Positions 32,747 through 43,152 are shown, numbered from the stretch's first letter. The stretch is DNA of 59,261 bases from Gammaproteobacteria bacterium (GCA_013001685.1 JABDMD010000163.1:1-59261); one strand, 5' to 3'. The notes: generated by a model not told the origin, from the sequence alone. Numbers and translations: made by a program.

Positions 32747-33412
32747 TCATACACTTCCTTGTATTAGTGGAACAAAACTCACACCATCAAGCCGTTCTTT
32801 AACAATTCCATCTTTAGTTTTATGTAGTAACAATAAATCCTGAACTTCTGATGTTCTTCCAACGGGTATCACCAAACGACCGTTTTCATCCAACTGTTCT
32901 ACTAATGCCTCAGGAATTTCTTTTGGTGCAGCAGTTACTACAATAGCATCGTAAGGTGCATAACTTTCCCAACCCCATGCGCCATCCGAAAGTTTAAATC
33001 GTATATTTCGCAAACCAAGTTCCATAGCTCGTCGTCGAGCTTGTTGATATAATGGCTCTACTCTCTCTACTGTGTACACATCTTTAATTAATGCAGCCAG
33101 AATTGCACCTTGATAGCCTGAACCCGTACCTACTTCTAATACTTTATTAGGTATTCCATCTCTTATAATTGCCTCAGTCATGCGTGCTACAACATAAGGT
33201 TGCGAGATAGTTTGTTTATGCCCAATTGGTAGCGCAGTATCTTCATAGGCGCGTGATGCCAATGCTTCATCTACAAACAAATGCCTAGGTGTCATGCGCA
33301 TGGCTTCTAACACACGCTCGTTACGAATACCTTTTTCTTCTAAACGCGTGATCAATCGGTCTCGCGTACGCTGAGACGTCATACCAATGCCTACATGATA
33401 TTTTGAGTTCAT
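32747..33412 (-). CDS. pcm: protein-L-isoaspartate O-methyltransferase
   Basis: [33 protein letters not shown]. Confidence 0.97.
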   Translation of the reverse strand: MNSKYHVGIGMTSQRTRDRLITRLEEKGIRNERVLEAMRMTPRHLFVDEALASRAYEDTALPIGHKQTISQPYVVARMTEAIIRDGIPNKVLEVGTGSGYQGAILAALIKDVYTVERVEPLYQQARRRAMELGLRNIRFKLSDGAWGWESYAPYDAIVVTAAPKEIPEALVEQLDENGRLVIPVGRTSEVQDLLLLHKTKDGIVKERLDGVSFVPLIQGSV

Positions 33413-33443
33413 TATTTACAGGGCTACAATGTATGCTAGTTTT

Positions 33444-33510
33444 GGATTGTTACATGGTTTTAATTTATTAGGGCAACACAGGAACAGTTGCCGAGGAGCA
33501 AAAACCGGCG
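33444..33510 (+). repeat. GGA-hairpin dispersed repeat, copy 2
   Basis: GGCAAC-acaggaaca-GTTGCC hairpin with GGA in the loop, then GAGGAGCAAAAACCGGC; homologous to 18793-18846 in the opposite orientation. Confidence 0.7.
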
Positions 33511-33539
33511 AGTGCTCGATTAGCATATCAACATTTCCT

Positions 33540-34292
33540 TTATAGATCACAATTCGACACCCAATTTTCAACATCTTCCATCGCTTTGTAGTGTGTTAAA
33601 TCCAAGTGCATTGGTGAAACGGAAATATAATTATTATTCACTGCGTAAAAATCGGTACCAATACCTGCATCTTGTTCAGGGCCAGCAGCGCCTACCCAAT
33701 ATATCGGTTTGCCGCGCGGATCTATATCTTCAATAACTGGCTCAGCTTTATGTCGATTGCCTAAGCGTGTGGTTTGCACCCCTTTCAATTCTTTTTTAGC
33801 AATATCTGGAATATTAATATTGATAATCACATCACTGGGCAGCGTAGTCTCAGTAAGATTTGAAATCATTTCAGCACTCACTTTTGCAGCATCCTGCATA
33901 TATTTTGGTTGAAAAGAATTAAGGGATATAGCAACTGCAGGTAATCCTAAAAAACGACCCTCAATTGCTGCAGCGACCGTACCTGAATAAATTACATCAT
34001 CGCCTAAATTCGGCCCCTGATTTATCCCTGACACTACAATGTCAGGCTCGTCTTTTAACAGACCTGTGATAGCCAAATGAACGCAATCTGTAGGGGTGCC
34101 ATCCACGCTATACCAATTTTCTGCAATTTCATAGGCACGAATCGGTCGCTCAAGCGTCAAAGAATTACTTGCTGCACTGCGGTTACGATTTGGTGCTACC
34201 ACTGAAATTTTGCCAAGTGGCGCTAAAGCTTCAGCTAACAACATAAGGCCGCTGGCATGAATACCATCATCATTGCTTAATAATAGGTGCAT
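33540..34292 (-). CDS. surE: 5'/3'-nucleotidase SurE
   Basis: LLSNDDG, GTPTDCV, SGIN.G.N.G.DV.YSGTVAAA.EG. Start moved to the ATG at 34292. Confidence 0.97.
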   Translation of the reverse strand: MHLLLSNDDGIHASGLMLLAEALAPLGKISVVAPNRNRSAASNSLTLERPIRAYEIAENWYSVDGTPTDCVHLAITGLLKDEPDIVVSGINQGPNLGDDVIYSGTVAAAIEGRFLGLPAVAISLNSFQPKYMQDAAKVSAEMISNLTETTLPSDVIININIPDIAKKELKGVQTTRLGNRHKAEPVIEDIDPRGKPIYWVGAAGPEQDAGIGTDFYAVNNNYISVSPMHLDLTHYKAMEDVENWVSNCDL

Positions 34293-34400
34293 CTGTAGTA
34301 CTAAAATAAGGGTAAAATTAATACAAGCGGCAGGTAGAATACTACTTAGTATCGTGAGAGAAATAGTAGCAAATTCAAACACTAAAATGGAAATTTACTG

Positions 34401-34991
34401 ATGTCTCAGCACAAAGACTCCAGGGGAGATTTAAAAGGAAATACTAAACAAGACTCAAAATCAGAGGATGATCTCCGATTTGCTGACCTGCTGGATAGTG
34501 TAAAGCCATTACACAGAGATCATCATAATCGAGCAGATATCAAAGCTCCCAAACCAGACCCAATACCTAATGAAACATTAAAAGACGAGGAACGCGTTCT
34601 AGTAGAGTCTCTTGAAGTAAGTCTTGAAATCGAAGATTTACAACCTGGTGATAGCTTGTCTTTTTGTCGTTCTGGAATTCAAAAAAGCATTTTTAAAAAA
34701 CTTAAAAAAGGTCAATATAAAGTTGGCGCTGAACTAGACTTACATGGACACACACGCCCTGAAGCGCAAGTTACACTAGCTAAATTTATTCAGTTAGCGC
34801 GAGAAGATGATATTCGTTGTGTCAGAATCATTCATGGCAAAGGATATGGATCCAACAACCAAGGACCGAAGTTAAAACCTATGGTGAATAAATGGTTGCA
34901 ACAGCGTAATGAAATCCTTGCTTTTTGTTCTGCAAGACCGAGTGATGGTGGTACAGGTGCTGTATATGTTTTACTAAAATCATTACGTTAG
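34401..34991 (+). CDS. Smr/MutS family endonuclease
   Basis: LDLHG, IIHGKG, DGGTGAVYVLL. Confidence 0.93.
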   Translation: MSQHKDSRGDLKGNTKQDSKSEDDLRFADLLDSVKPLHRDHHNRADIKAPKPDPIPNETLKDEERVLVESLEVSLEIEDLQPGDSLSFCRSGIQKSIFKKLKKGQYKVGAELDLHGHTRPEAQVTLAKFIQLAREDDIRCVRIIHGKGYGSNNQGPKLKPMVNKWLQQRNEILAFCSARPSDGGTGAVYVLLKSLR

Positions 34992-35279
34992 TAAACATGG
35001 CATCAACAAACTACCCAATCACACAATGGAGATTTAACATGCTTTTTAGCAATGCAGACATATTTCACTAATCCTAAAATAGATTAGAAATTGAGAGATG
35101 ATTGCGTTCCCAACAGAAAGTCATCAAACCCTACGCTAACCCCATCCAGTAATATTCAAACCAATTTATTGCACATCCAATGAAAGGTTCCCAAACCACA
35201 CGCAAAATTTGATTCATAAAAAGTATAATACAGTATATGATTATCGAATTTAATAGCTAATATAATTAATGTTTATGGC

Positions 35280-36278
35280 GTGAATCGTTATAATAAGCAC
35301 ACAATACCAATCATTGGCCCTTATTATGCGAGATTGTCGAAACATATTTATTGCATTTACAATTATAATACTGATATTCGATTAGAACTTATATCATCCT
35401 TTGTCTCCGTAGCAGACCATTTAAGCTTCTCTACTGCGGCTAAAGAGCTCAATGTCACTCCTTCTAATCTTAGTCGTCAGGTTCGTGAATTAGAGTCCTC
35501 TCTAGGGATTCAGCTATTAGCGCGCACTACTCGCCGCCTAGCCTTAACTGAATTAGGCCAGCAGTTTTATGGCAGATGTCGAACTGGTTTATCAGAGATA
35601 GATCGTGCTGAGCAAATAGTCACTAAACTAGGCGATATTCCACAAGGCCTATTACATGTCTCTGCTCCAGTAACATTTGGCCAAGCCTACATCGCACCCG
35701 TGTTAGCTGGTTATCTTGAAAAGTATCCGAAAGTTGATATCGAACTAAATCTTAATGATGGTCATGTGGATTTTTTTGCTGACCGCGTAGATGTTGCTTT
35801 TCGTATAGGTGAATTTACCAATTTACAAAAAGGCGTGGAGCCTATTGCGCCAATTGAGAGAATACTTGTTGCATCCCCTGAGTATATAAATAATTATGGC
35901 ATGCCAGAAACCCCTTCTGATTTGGGATATCATCTTTGTTTAATTCATAACGTTGTAAGCCCAAATAACACCTGGACTTTCTATAAAGCGGGTAATAAAG
36001 AAGTAATCAAAGTAGACGGCAAAGTTTATGCCAATAACTTTATTCCATTACGTGAAACTGCGATAGGCGGCAAAGGTATTGCCTTACTTGCAACCATTAC
36101 AGTAATTGAAGAATTAAAAAATAGAAAACTTATTCAAGTGCTGCGTAATTGGCAGGTAGCACCTGCAAATGTATTTGCTACATACCCACCTTTTGATTAT
36201 ATCCCACCTAAGTCTTCAACCTTTGTGGAATATATTCGTGATAACTTTTTACAACTTGCAATAGAAGAGTCTATGTAA
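35280..36278 (+). CDS. LysR family transcriptional regulator (CrgA-like); start uncertain
   Basis: SFSTAAKEL...LSRQV..LE..LG..LL.RTTRRL.LT HTH; VDVAFRIG; the true start is probably downstream of 35280. Confidence 0.9.
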   Translation: MNRYNKHTIPIIGPYYARLSKHIYCIYNYNTDIRLELISSFVSVADHLSFSTAAKELNVTPSNLSRQVRELESSLGIQLLARTTRRLALTELGQQFYGRCRTGLSEIDRAEQIVTKLGDIPQGLLHVSAPVTFGQAYIAPVLAGYLEKYPKVDIELNLNDGHVDFFADRVDVAFRIGEFTNLQKGVEPIAPIERILVASPEYINNYGMPETPSDLGYHLCLIHNVVSPNNTWTFYKAGNKEVIKVDGKVYANNFIPLRETAIGGKGIALLATITVIEELKNRKLIQVLRNWQVAPANVFATYPPFDYIPPKSSTFVEYIRDNFLQLAIEESM

Positions 36279-36300
36279 AACTTTTACTTACAAAGAAGTA

Positions 36301-37494
36301 TTAGTCTCCACCCATACCCATTTTAAATGCAGTTCCAATTCCTAAAAATAGAAATACAATCCCCATAATTCCAAAATCTGCAAACATTAATGTTGCAGTA
36401 GGCAAATCTTTAATATTTTCTTCAAAACTTCCTTTTAGCCATTCTTCAAAACTGGGGTTAGTTTCAGAAATTCTTTTTAAGTGAGGAACAACAAATTCAT
36501 TGAAATCTGCAATCTCAGCATCGCTTATCTCGTCAACAGCATAAATTTCGAGGTAGCCATGATCATTTAGAAAAGCTATTAACTTTTCTTTATCTTCAAT
36601 ACCGTCACCAAAGGCTTCTGCAGCTTTTAAATCTTGTTGATAATATTTTTGATAAATTTCTTCTTCACCTGCTATTGCAGATGTAATGTCATGCGCCCAA
36701 GATTCTTGCAAACTTGACGTGGCCATATATTTGCCACCAAAGATAGAGAGCAACGTAAATACCGCACAGATTACACCAGTGGCAATTCCTTCTGATTCAA
36801 ACATCACAGCAGCTATGCCGACAGCTGCTCCAATTCCTATGGCAATAATAGCAAACTCATAACCAAACCAAACGGTAATATATTTCCACAGCAATGCGCC
36901 CACTACTGCAGCGCCTGCTGCTGCTGCTACACCAACAATATTTAAAGACTTATCTTTGTTGACTGATATAGATTGTGTAATAGTAGTCGCATTCGCTTTT
37001 GTTTCATTAGTATTTTGATTTGAGCCAAGCTTAATATCTGCTTCACTATTAGGATTTTTTAATGCAGGTGTACTAACAGAAGCAATATTTGCAGCAGACT
37101 GATCCGGCGCCAACAACTTATTTACATATACACCACATCCAGAACATTGCTCAGCTTTTTCTTGGCGCAGATTACACTTAGGGCATGTCATGGTGGTGTC
37201 TTCTTTAGCAGGTGCCATCTCTTCAATAGACAATGCCTTTGGATCGGATACAGCAGCTGGCTTATGCTCTTTTAAAGCTATCACCATACCTATACTCTCA
37301 AGGCGCGATTTCAATGCCTGCGCTTTGGTATGCTCTAAATCCTTCTTTAAAATCTTTTGTACGCCAACATAAGCACTTGCTTTTTCAGGAGTAATTTTAA
37401 AAAGCTTTGCAAAGCTTTGTTGAACGTCTGCTAAACCAAAATCGTCATGAATTTGTCCAGTGCTGATTACCGAAAATGTGGATGCATTACTCAT
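36301..37494 (-). CDS. hypothetical membrane protein with zinc ribbon
   Basis: N-terminal (F..LFK...ILKKDL...A......L..IG) domain, CPKC..CSGC zinc ribbon, three TM helices, acidic loop, C-terminal TM. Confidence 0.8.
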   Translation of the reverse strand: MSNASTFSVISTGQIHDDFGLADVQQSFAKLFKITPEKASAYVGVQKILKKDLEHTKAQALKSRLESIGMVIALKEHKPAAVSDPKALSIEEMAPAKEDTTMTCPKCNLRQEKAEQCSGCGVYVNKLLAPDQSAANIASVSTPALKNPNSEADIKLGSNQNTNETKANATTITQSISVNKDKSLNIVGVAAAAGAAVVGALLWKYITVWFGYEFAIIAIGIGAAVGIAAVMFESEGIATGVICAVFTLLSIFGGKYMATSSLQESWAHDITSAIAGEEEIYQKYYQQDLKAAEAFGDGIEDKEKLIAFLNDHGYLEIYAVDEISDAEIADFNEFVVPHLKRISETNPSFEEWLKGSFEENIKDLPTATLMFADFGIMGIVFLFLGIGTAFKMGMGGD

Positions 37495-37735
37495 AAATCT
37501 AACCCTATTTTTTCAGGCTAAATTGTATAAATATGACCATAAACACTCATCTGAATAACGATAAATGGCCAGATTACATGGCTCATTGACCCAATATCTG
37601 ACTTCGCCAAGTAAGGCCAAAAAGCACCTAATTTATTGTTCTTACTTACTTAATTATGTTTAGTCACATTTTGAAAAAAATCAGTGTACAAATTGTACCG
37701 CTGAATATCACTGGGAGTGAAAATGCCACTTAGTA

Positions 37736-37751
37736 TGTAAGTTAGTTCACA
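37736..37751. promoter_or_regulatory. possible CRP/Vfr-type binding site
   Basis: TGTAA-gttagt-TCACA, 9/10 match to TGTGA-N6-TCACA; the AT-rich background weakens this. Confidence 0.3.
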
Positions 37752-37809
37752 ATGTGGTGGTGTTTATAAGACCTGAAAATACTTAAAGATCTTTCAATAC
37801 AGGTTTAAT

Positions 37810-38271
37810 TTACTTTTTCATATATCCTTGCGGGCGAATTGCTACTGAGCAATTAACTTCTGCACAAAGTGTTCCATCTTTTAAGTAATATGCATAGGTA
37901 AATGTGGGTGTACTGCGTCCTTTTTCTTCAAGTTCTTTTGCAATGATAGGTTCTAATTCGGATGGAAAGTCAAAATGTAATACTAAATCAGTTGTTCCCG
38001 CACGAAGGAAGTCTATTGTTAATTTTCGCGTCCAAGCTGCATATTCTGGGAAAAGTTTCCCGCATGAAAGTGCGGCAACGGGGTCGGAAAGTGATGCCAT
38101 GAAACCACCAAACATAGTGCCCTGATGATTAATTGAAGCACCCGAGAGTGGTAACAGTAATTTTATAGAACGCCAGTCTGGTGTCAGTTCTAAAATCTTG
38201 ACTTGCATCATTTTAAACGGCTCGAAATTTTCGAGCCGTTTAATAACACCACCTAATTCGGCATCGGACAT
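37810..38271 (-). CDS. hotdog-fold thioesterase (PaaI/DUF4442-like)
   Basis: NHQGTMFGG...DP, W...L.IDF; directly downstream of fadE. Confidence 0.85.
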   Translation of the reverse strand: MSDAELGGVIKRLENFEPFKMMQVKILELTPDWRSIKLLLPLSGASINHQGTMFGGFMASLSDPVAALSCGKLFPEYAAWTRKLTIDFLRAGTTDLVLHFDFPSELEPIIAKELEEKGRSTPTFTYAYYLKDGTLCAEVNCSVAIRPQGYMKK

Positions 38272-38322
38272 TTTAAATCCTTTTTAAGCTACTTTTTTGG
38301 CAGAAATATGCGCCTGCAATTA

Positions 38323-40809
38323 CTAAGCAGCTTGTTTAGTTGCTTTTTTTGTGGATTTTCTAGCAGTTTTCTTAACTGTTTTTTGTGAAGCTATTTCTTT
38401 ATCAGGTGGAAAATCGTCTACCATAATCGCCTCACGAATTGCTTTATGTGATACCTCTACAAGTTTTGCTTCTTCTTGTGTAATGATACCTTGTGCTACT
38501 GCATCTTCTAACCAATTACCCGGCATTCCAAGTTCAGATGGTTTTATACGCGCTTTTTTAAGCTTCTTCTCCGCCTCGTTAGCTGCGATTACTGCATGAA
38601 ATGCATACTGCACACAACCTATAGGATCGCTAGGATCTGTAGTTTTATAAACACCCTCGGTTAATCGGTCTCTGGTTTCAGACGGCACAATCATCCTTTT
38701 CGCCACTTCATGACCAACTTCATCATTTGGGTAGCGTAAGCTTTTACCAGTTGGGAAAACAATCAAACGAAGAATTAGCCCAACTACTTTAGATGGGAAG
38801 TTACGTAGAATCTCATCTAACGCATGTTGAACATTGTATAGACAATATTTAGTGCTCCACTCTACAAACGGTAAATCTTCAGCGGGTCGACCCGTATCTT
38901 CAAAACGCTTTAAAACAGCAGAACTTAAATACATGTAACTCAAAGCATCTGCAAATCGGCCTGAGAGTTTTTCTTTACGTTTTAAGCCACCTCCTAAAAA
39001 CAACATGGCAAAGTCAGATACAAAAGCATAACTCGCACTCATTCTAGCTAAACGTTTAAAATAGCCACGTGTTGGCCCTTGGATTGGGCTTGGTGCTAAA
39101 CGACTGCGTGTTAAACCATATAAAAATGATCTTGCACCGTTACAAACTGCATAACCAAGATGTTTAAATAACGCCTGATCGAATCTCTGCAAACCTTCTT
39201 CTTTATTATCAAGTGAGGCTGCAGTTACTTCTTCTATTAAGTGCGGATGACAACGCATTGCGCCTTGACCAAAGATAATCAAACTACGAGTCAAAATATT
39301 AGCGCCTTCAACAGTGATACTAATTGGAATAGATTGATACGCGCGCGCAAGATAGTTACTTGGCCCGATACATATCCCACGTCCACCATGCACATCCATA
39401 GCATCGTTGATCACCTGACGCATCCCTTCAGTGTTATGATATTTAAGAATTGCAGTTACTACAGATGGCTTCTCGCCATGGTCAATTGCAGATGCGGTTA
39501 ATCTACGCCCTGACTCCATCATATATGATAAACCACCTATCCTTGTTAACGCCTCTTCAACACCTTCAAACTTTCCTATTGGAACATTAAATTGCTTGCG
39601 AATTGCAGCATAAGCACCGGTCATATAACTAGCAAACTTCCCTGCACCGGATCCCAAGGCAGGTAATGAAATTCCTCGCCCAACAGAGAGACATTCCACT
39701 AACATGCGCCAGCCTTTACCGATTTGATCTTGTCCGCCGATAATCCAATCCATTGGAATAAAAACATCTTTACCCCAGTTAGGGCCATTTTGAAATGCAG
39801 AATTAAGTGGGTTATGGCGATTACCTATTTCTACACCTGGAGTGGTAGTTGGTATCAATGCACATGTAATGCCTAAATCTTCTTGATCCCCTAACAAACC
39901 ATCCGGATCATAGGCCTTGAACGCTAAACCTAATACCGTTGCGACTGGAGCAAGTGTTATGTATCGTTTTTCCCAATTGAGACGCAAACCCAAGACTTCT
40001 TTACCTTCATGCATGCCTTTACACACCACACCAGTGTCCGTCATGGCGCCTGCATCAGAACCTGCATTAGGGCCTGTTAAAGCGAAACATGGAATCTCTT
40101 CACCAACGGCTAACCGTGGCAAATAGTGATTTTTTTGTTCTTCAGTACCGTAATGCAATAACAACTCAGCTGGGCCGAGTGAGTTGGGTACCATTACAGA
40201 GACCCCTGCAGCTCCACTGCGTGTAGAAATTTTCATCACAACAGCAGAATGAGCGATAGCAGAAAATTCTAGGCCACCATATTTTTTTGGGATGATCATG
40301 CCTAAAAATTTATTCTTCTTGATGTACTCCCAAGTTTCAGGAGATAAATCATTTAAATCATTAGTGACTTCCCAATCATCAATCATGGCGCATAGCTCAT
40401 CTACAGGGCCATCTAAATAGGCTTGTTCTTCTACGGTCAACTCTGAAACATTATGTTTTAACAGCTGATCCCATTCTGGATTGCCACGAAATAATTCTGC
40501 TTCCCACCAGGCTGTACCTGCTTCAATTGCGTCGCGCTCAGTTTGTGACATGGGAGGTAAAATTCTTTTTACATATGCCAACATAGGCTTACTAAGCATA
40601 GAGAGGCGTAGGCTAGATATATTTAGTAATGCAAGTGGGATAAATAATACCCAGAGAATGATTGCTGGAATCCCACCAAGAAATGGAGATAATGTGAGTG
40701 CTAAGAGAGCACCGCCAATTACAATTGTCCACACTGCAAATGACCATGTGGCTCTAGCTAAACCAAAAGCCAATGCTCCTATTGCTATCAACCATACAAG
40801 AAACGTCAT
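38323..40809 (-). CDS. fadE: acyl-CoA dehydrogenase FadE (with C-terminal DUF1974)
   Basis: VPNSLGPAELL, CFALT.P.AGSDA, ITVEGANILTR. Start moved to the ATG at 40809, which follows GGAGG. Confidence 0.95.
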   Translation of the reverse strand: MTFLVWLIAIGALAFGLARATWSFAVWTIVIGGALLALTLSPFLGGIPAIILWVLFIPLALLNISSLRLSMLSKPMLAYVKRILPPMSQTERDAIEAGTAWWEAELFRGNPEWDQLLKHNVSELTVEEQAYLDGPVDELCAMIDDWEVTNDLNDLSPETWEYIKKNKFLGMIIPKKYGGLEFSAIAHSAVVMKISTRSGAAGVSVMVPNSLGPAELLLHYGTEEQKNHYLPRLAVGEEIPCFALTGPNAGSDAGAMTDTGVVCKGMHEGKEVLGLRLNWEKRYITLAPVATVLGLAFKAYDPDGLLGDQEDLGITCALIPTTTPGVEIGNRHNPLNSAFQNGPNWGKDVFIPMDWIIGGQDQIGKGWRMLVECLSVGRGISLPALGSGAGKFASYMTGAYAAIRKQFNVPIGKFEGVEEALTRIGGLSYMMESGRRLTASAIDHGEKPSVVTAILKYHNTEGMRQVINDAMDVHGGRGICIGPSNYLARAYQSIPISITVEGANILTRSLIIFGQGAMRCHPHLIEEVTAASLDNKEEGLQRFDQALFKHLGYAVCNGARSFLYGLTRSRLAPSPIQGPTRGYFKRLARMSASYAFVSDFAMLFLGGGLKRKEKLSGRFADALSYMYLSSAVLKRFEDTGRPAEDLPFVEWSTKYCLYNVQHALDEILRNFPSKVVGLILRLIVFPTGKSLRYPNDEVGHEVAKRMIVPSETRDRLTEGVYKTTDPSDPIGCVQYAFHAVIAANEAEKKLKKARIKPSELGMPGNWLEDAVAQGIITQEEAKLVEVSHKAIREAIMVDDFPPDKEIASQKTVKKTARKSTKKATKQAA

Positions 40810-40902
40810 TGAAAAATCCTCCGTTATAGGGTATTTCATTAATTATTGGTAATATTGTACTGTAATAGACCACTGCAGCGTGGGTTAACGTACAACACAA
40901 GC

Positions 40903-40918
40903 ACAAATTTATGTTTGT
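40903..40918. promoter_or_regulatory. possible PsrA-type (TetR family) operator upstream of fadE
   Basis: aCAAAT-ttat-GTTTGt, one mismatch from CAAAC-N4-GTTTG; PsrA controls beta-oxidation genes in several gammaproteobacteria. Confidence 0.35.
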
Positions 40919-41023
40919 AAATTGCATGTTGTTATGTGTTTCGAGCAAAGATGCTCACATAGGAGAATTTATATCAAGTATTTTCAATAAATTATTGATA
41001 TTTAGTAATTTAGACTTTAGTTA

Positions 41024-41713
41024 TTACTCTAATACATATGTATAAGCCATCATTTGTCCGTTGCGATCTACCTGAATAGTAACCTCGGGCACAACTGATA
41101 GCTCTTGAACAGTTTGCAAAAAATTAGGGTCGGAAGCTGGCACATCATTAACCGCTTTAATCACATCTCCATTATACAAACCTAATGAGGCTGCTTTGGT
41201 ATCGGGTTGTATTTTTGACAGTGTAAAACCTACAATTTGCTCATCTTCTATCAGCGGCAAGAAACCAATTTCAGAAACCAGTCTCTGTTTCTCTTTGACA
41301 TAATCTGCCACTTCGCTTTTCGACAAAGTAATTGTTACTCGATTTTCTAAAGACTTCTCATATTCTGCTTGTAGAAGAATATCTCCAACACTACTTCGCA
41401 AAGACAAGATATATTCCTTGTCATTGCATTTAAGTTTTGCGGAATCCTGCAGCACTTTAAGTAAATCACAACCCTGGATATCATCTCCTAACTCTAATAA
41501 AAGCTCATCGCCATTTTCATCAACTAACATTGCATGAGCATTATTTTCACCTAAGAATGTGCCACTCAGTATCCAGTCGGGTTGATTGGCATAAGAAAAT
41601 GACGTTAGAAGAACAAAAATGGCCAACAAAGAAAACGTTGGCCATATATGTTTAAACAGGATAGAAATCAATCGGATAATTGAATGTGAAAGATGGAACA
41701 TCTTCTGCCCCAA
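41024..41713 (-). CDS. GspC-like protein with C-terminal PDZ domain; start uncertain
   Basis: TM/signal, LSGT...AML...GD.I.G..L..V (GspC HR-like), LGLYNGDVIKAVND...VDRNGQ (PDZ). Confidence 0.75.
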   Translation of the reverse strand: MGQKMFHLSHSIIRLISILFKHIWPTFSLLAIFVLLTSFSYANQPDWILSGTFLGENNAHAMLVDENGDELLLELGDDIQGCDLLKVLQDSAKLKCNDKEYILSLRSSVGDILLQAEYEKSLENRVTITLSKSEVADYVKEKQRLVSEIGFLPLIEDEQIVGFTLSKIQPDTKAASLGLYNGDVIKAVNDVPASDPNFLQTVQELSVVPEVTIQVDRNGQMMAYTYVLE

Positions 41714-42638
41714 AGTTAATCAGCTTTACACGCTGAAGTATTTTACTTTCAAGTGTTGGATTTCCTAATTGACTTGAAATAATACTCGCACTGGTAACTT
41801 TACCAGAAGGTGCAATGGTAATATTTAGTACTACCTTGCCCTGCAATGTAGCATCTTTACGCAACTCACGATTATAAAGGGTAAATAAACTACTTTTGTT
41901 ACGATCAAACATAATCTGAATTTTTTCTAGATCACGTGTTTTACCATAACCGGAACCATCACCATTGCCAGAACCATCGCCACTACCGGAACCGGTTCCA
42001 CCTCCCCCGAGCCCATCTACCCCACCAACTTGTCCGGCAGAACGACCACCAAGACCGTTACCACCTGTGCTGGTACTTAATGTTGCAGTGTTAATTCCAC
42101 CACTAGATTTACCATAGTTTTTTGTTACTAAAGAGCGCTTTGTTACTTGTCCAGATGTTCCACTCGTATTTAATGAACGCTCACCTAGAGCAGCTGATGA
42201 AGAAGATTTTTTAATATCTGACAAATCATCTTTCATCGCTAACAATCCAGAACTTGCTGCAACTTCTTTAGCTGACTTTGTAGGCACAGGTGCCTTCTTA
42301 GGCTTTGCAGCGGTCTTAATTGGTTCTTTCTTAGGTTGTGGCTTTGGCTTCACCTGCTTTGGTTTTGGTTTAGGTTTCACCTTTTTCTCAACTGGCACCA
42401 CTTTAGGTGGTGGAGGTGGGGGCACTTCCACTTTAGGAATTAGTTTTACTAAACGCTCAGGTTCTGGTTTTTCAACTTCTTCTGGTTCTGGCAAAGGTAA
42501 AAAGGTAAACAAAAACGCTAAGAAAATGATTCCCGCTACTGACCAACGTAAGAGCTTATTAAAACGCTGTTGTTGTTCAGGTTGGATCGTCCACGGTAAA
42601 TCATGTGGGTAATATGAATTCGAAATTACTGCGGCCAT
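41652..42638 (-). CDS. TonB-like energy transducer with AgmX/PglI-type C-terminal domain (GltG-like)
   Basis: One TM, Pro/Lys-rich then Gly-rich linker, LYNRELRKD..LQGKV...I.PSG.V...YPIDF. Confidence 0.85.
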   Translation of the reverse strand: MAAVISNSYYPHDLPWTIQPEQQQRFNKLLRWSVAGIIFLAFLFTFLPLPEPEEVEKPEPERLVKLIPKVEVPPPPPPKVVPVEKKVKPKPKPKQVKPKPQPKKEPIKTAAKPKKAPVPTKSAKEVAASSGLLAMKDDLSDIKKSSSSAALGERSLNTSGTSGQVTKRSLVTKNYGKSSGGINTATLSTSTGGNGLGGRSAGQVGGVDGLGGGGTGSGSGDGSGNGDGSGYGKTRDLEKIQIMFDRNKSSLFTLYNRELRKDATLQGKVVLNITIAPSGKVTSASIISSQLGNPTLESKILQRVKLINFGAEDVPSFTFNYPIDFYPV

Positions 42639-42639
42639 G

Positions 42640-43152
42640 TTATGACTCTATTTGGGACCCAATTTGGGTCTCTTTTTGAATTACGGATAGCGATATTTTA
42701 GAAAACCCTGCATAAGTCGCACAGAGACGCATTACGCGATCCAGCACTTTATATGGGACTTCCTTATCACCCATGATGGTAACTTCTCGCTCTGGATCTT
42801 CTTCAGATTCAGGCTCAACCTCGCTTGCTAATTGTTTTAACTTTTCGATAAATAAAGAAACTTCTATTGAATCTTCTTTCATCACTTCATCTATAGTAAT
42901 GACATCCTCACCTTGAAGCCGAACCGCTTCATTACTAAGCATTACTACAACAGATTCTTGCGGTCTCACTTCGGAAATCGATTCTGGCATTTCAATGCCT
43001 TTCGGATTAGGTAGTGGCGTGATCTCATTAGTATTCACCAGTAAGAAGAAAACCAATATGGTAAAAATATCCATCAACGACACCACATTAAATGGTGGTT
43101 GCTTATTACGCCCATGCTGGCGTTCCATGCGTTTTATTCTTCGATCATTCAC
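42640..43152 (-). CDS. ExbD/TolR family protein (AglS-like)
   Basis: NVVSLMDIFTILVFFLL TM with conserved Asp; IMGDKEVPY..L.RVM. Confidence 0.9.
   Translation of the reverse strand: MNDRRIKRMERQHGRNKQPPFNVVSLMDIFTILVFFLLVNTNEITPLPNPKGIEMPESISEVRPQESVVVMLSNEAVRLQGEDVITIDEVMKEDSIEVSLFIEKLKQLASEVEPESEEDPEREVTIMGDKEVPYKVLDRVMRLCATYAGFSKISLSVIQKETQIGSQIES

Noticed and set aside
35218-35236. LexA box upstream of the LysR gene
   Set aside because: Only the ACAG half-site is present; the CTGT half is missing
40988-41000. IHF consensus match (TATCAATAATTTA on the minus strand)
   Set aside because: Expected by chance in very AT-rich spacers; no supporting sigma-54 promoter or recombination site
41945-42490. 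Short tandem repeats in the TonB-like gene
   Set aside because: They encode the Gly/Ser and Pro/Lys linkers expected in TonB-type proteins; not a CRISPR array or VNTR
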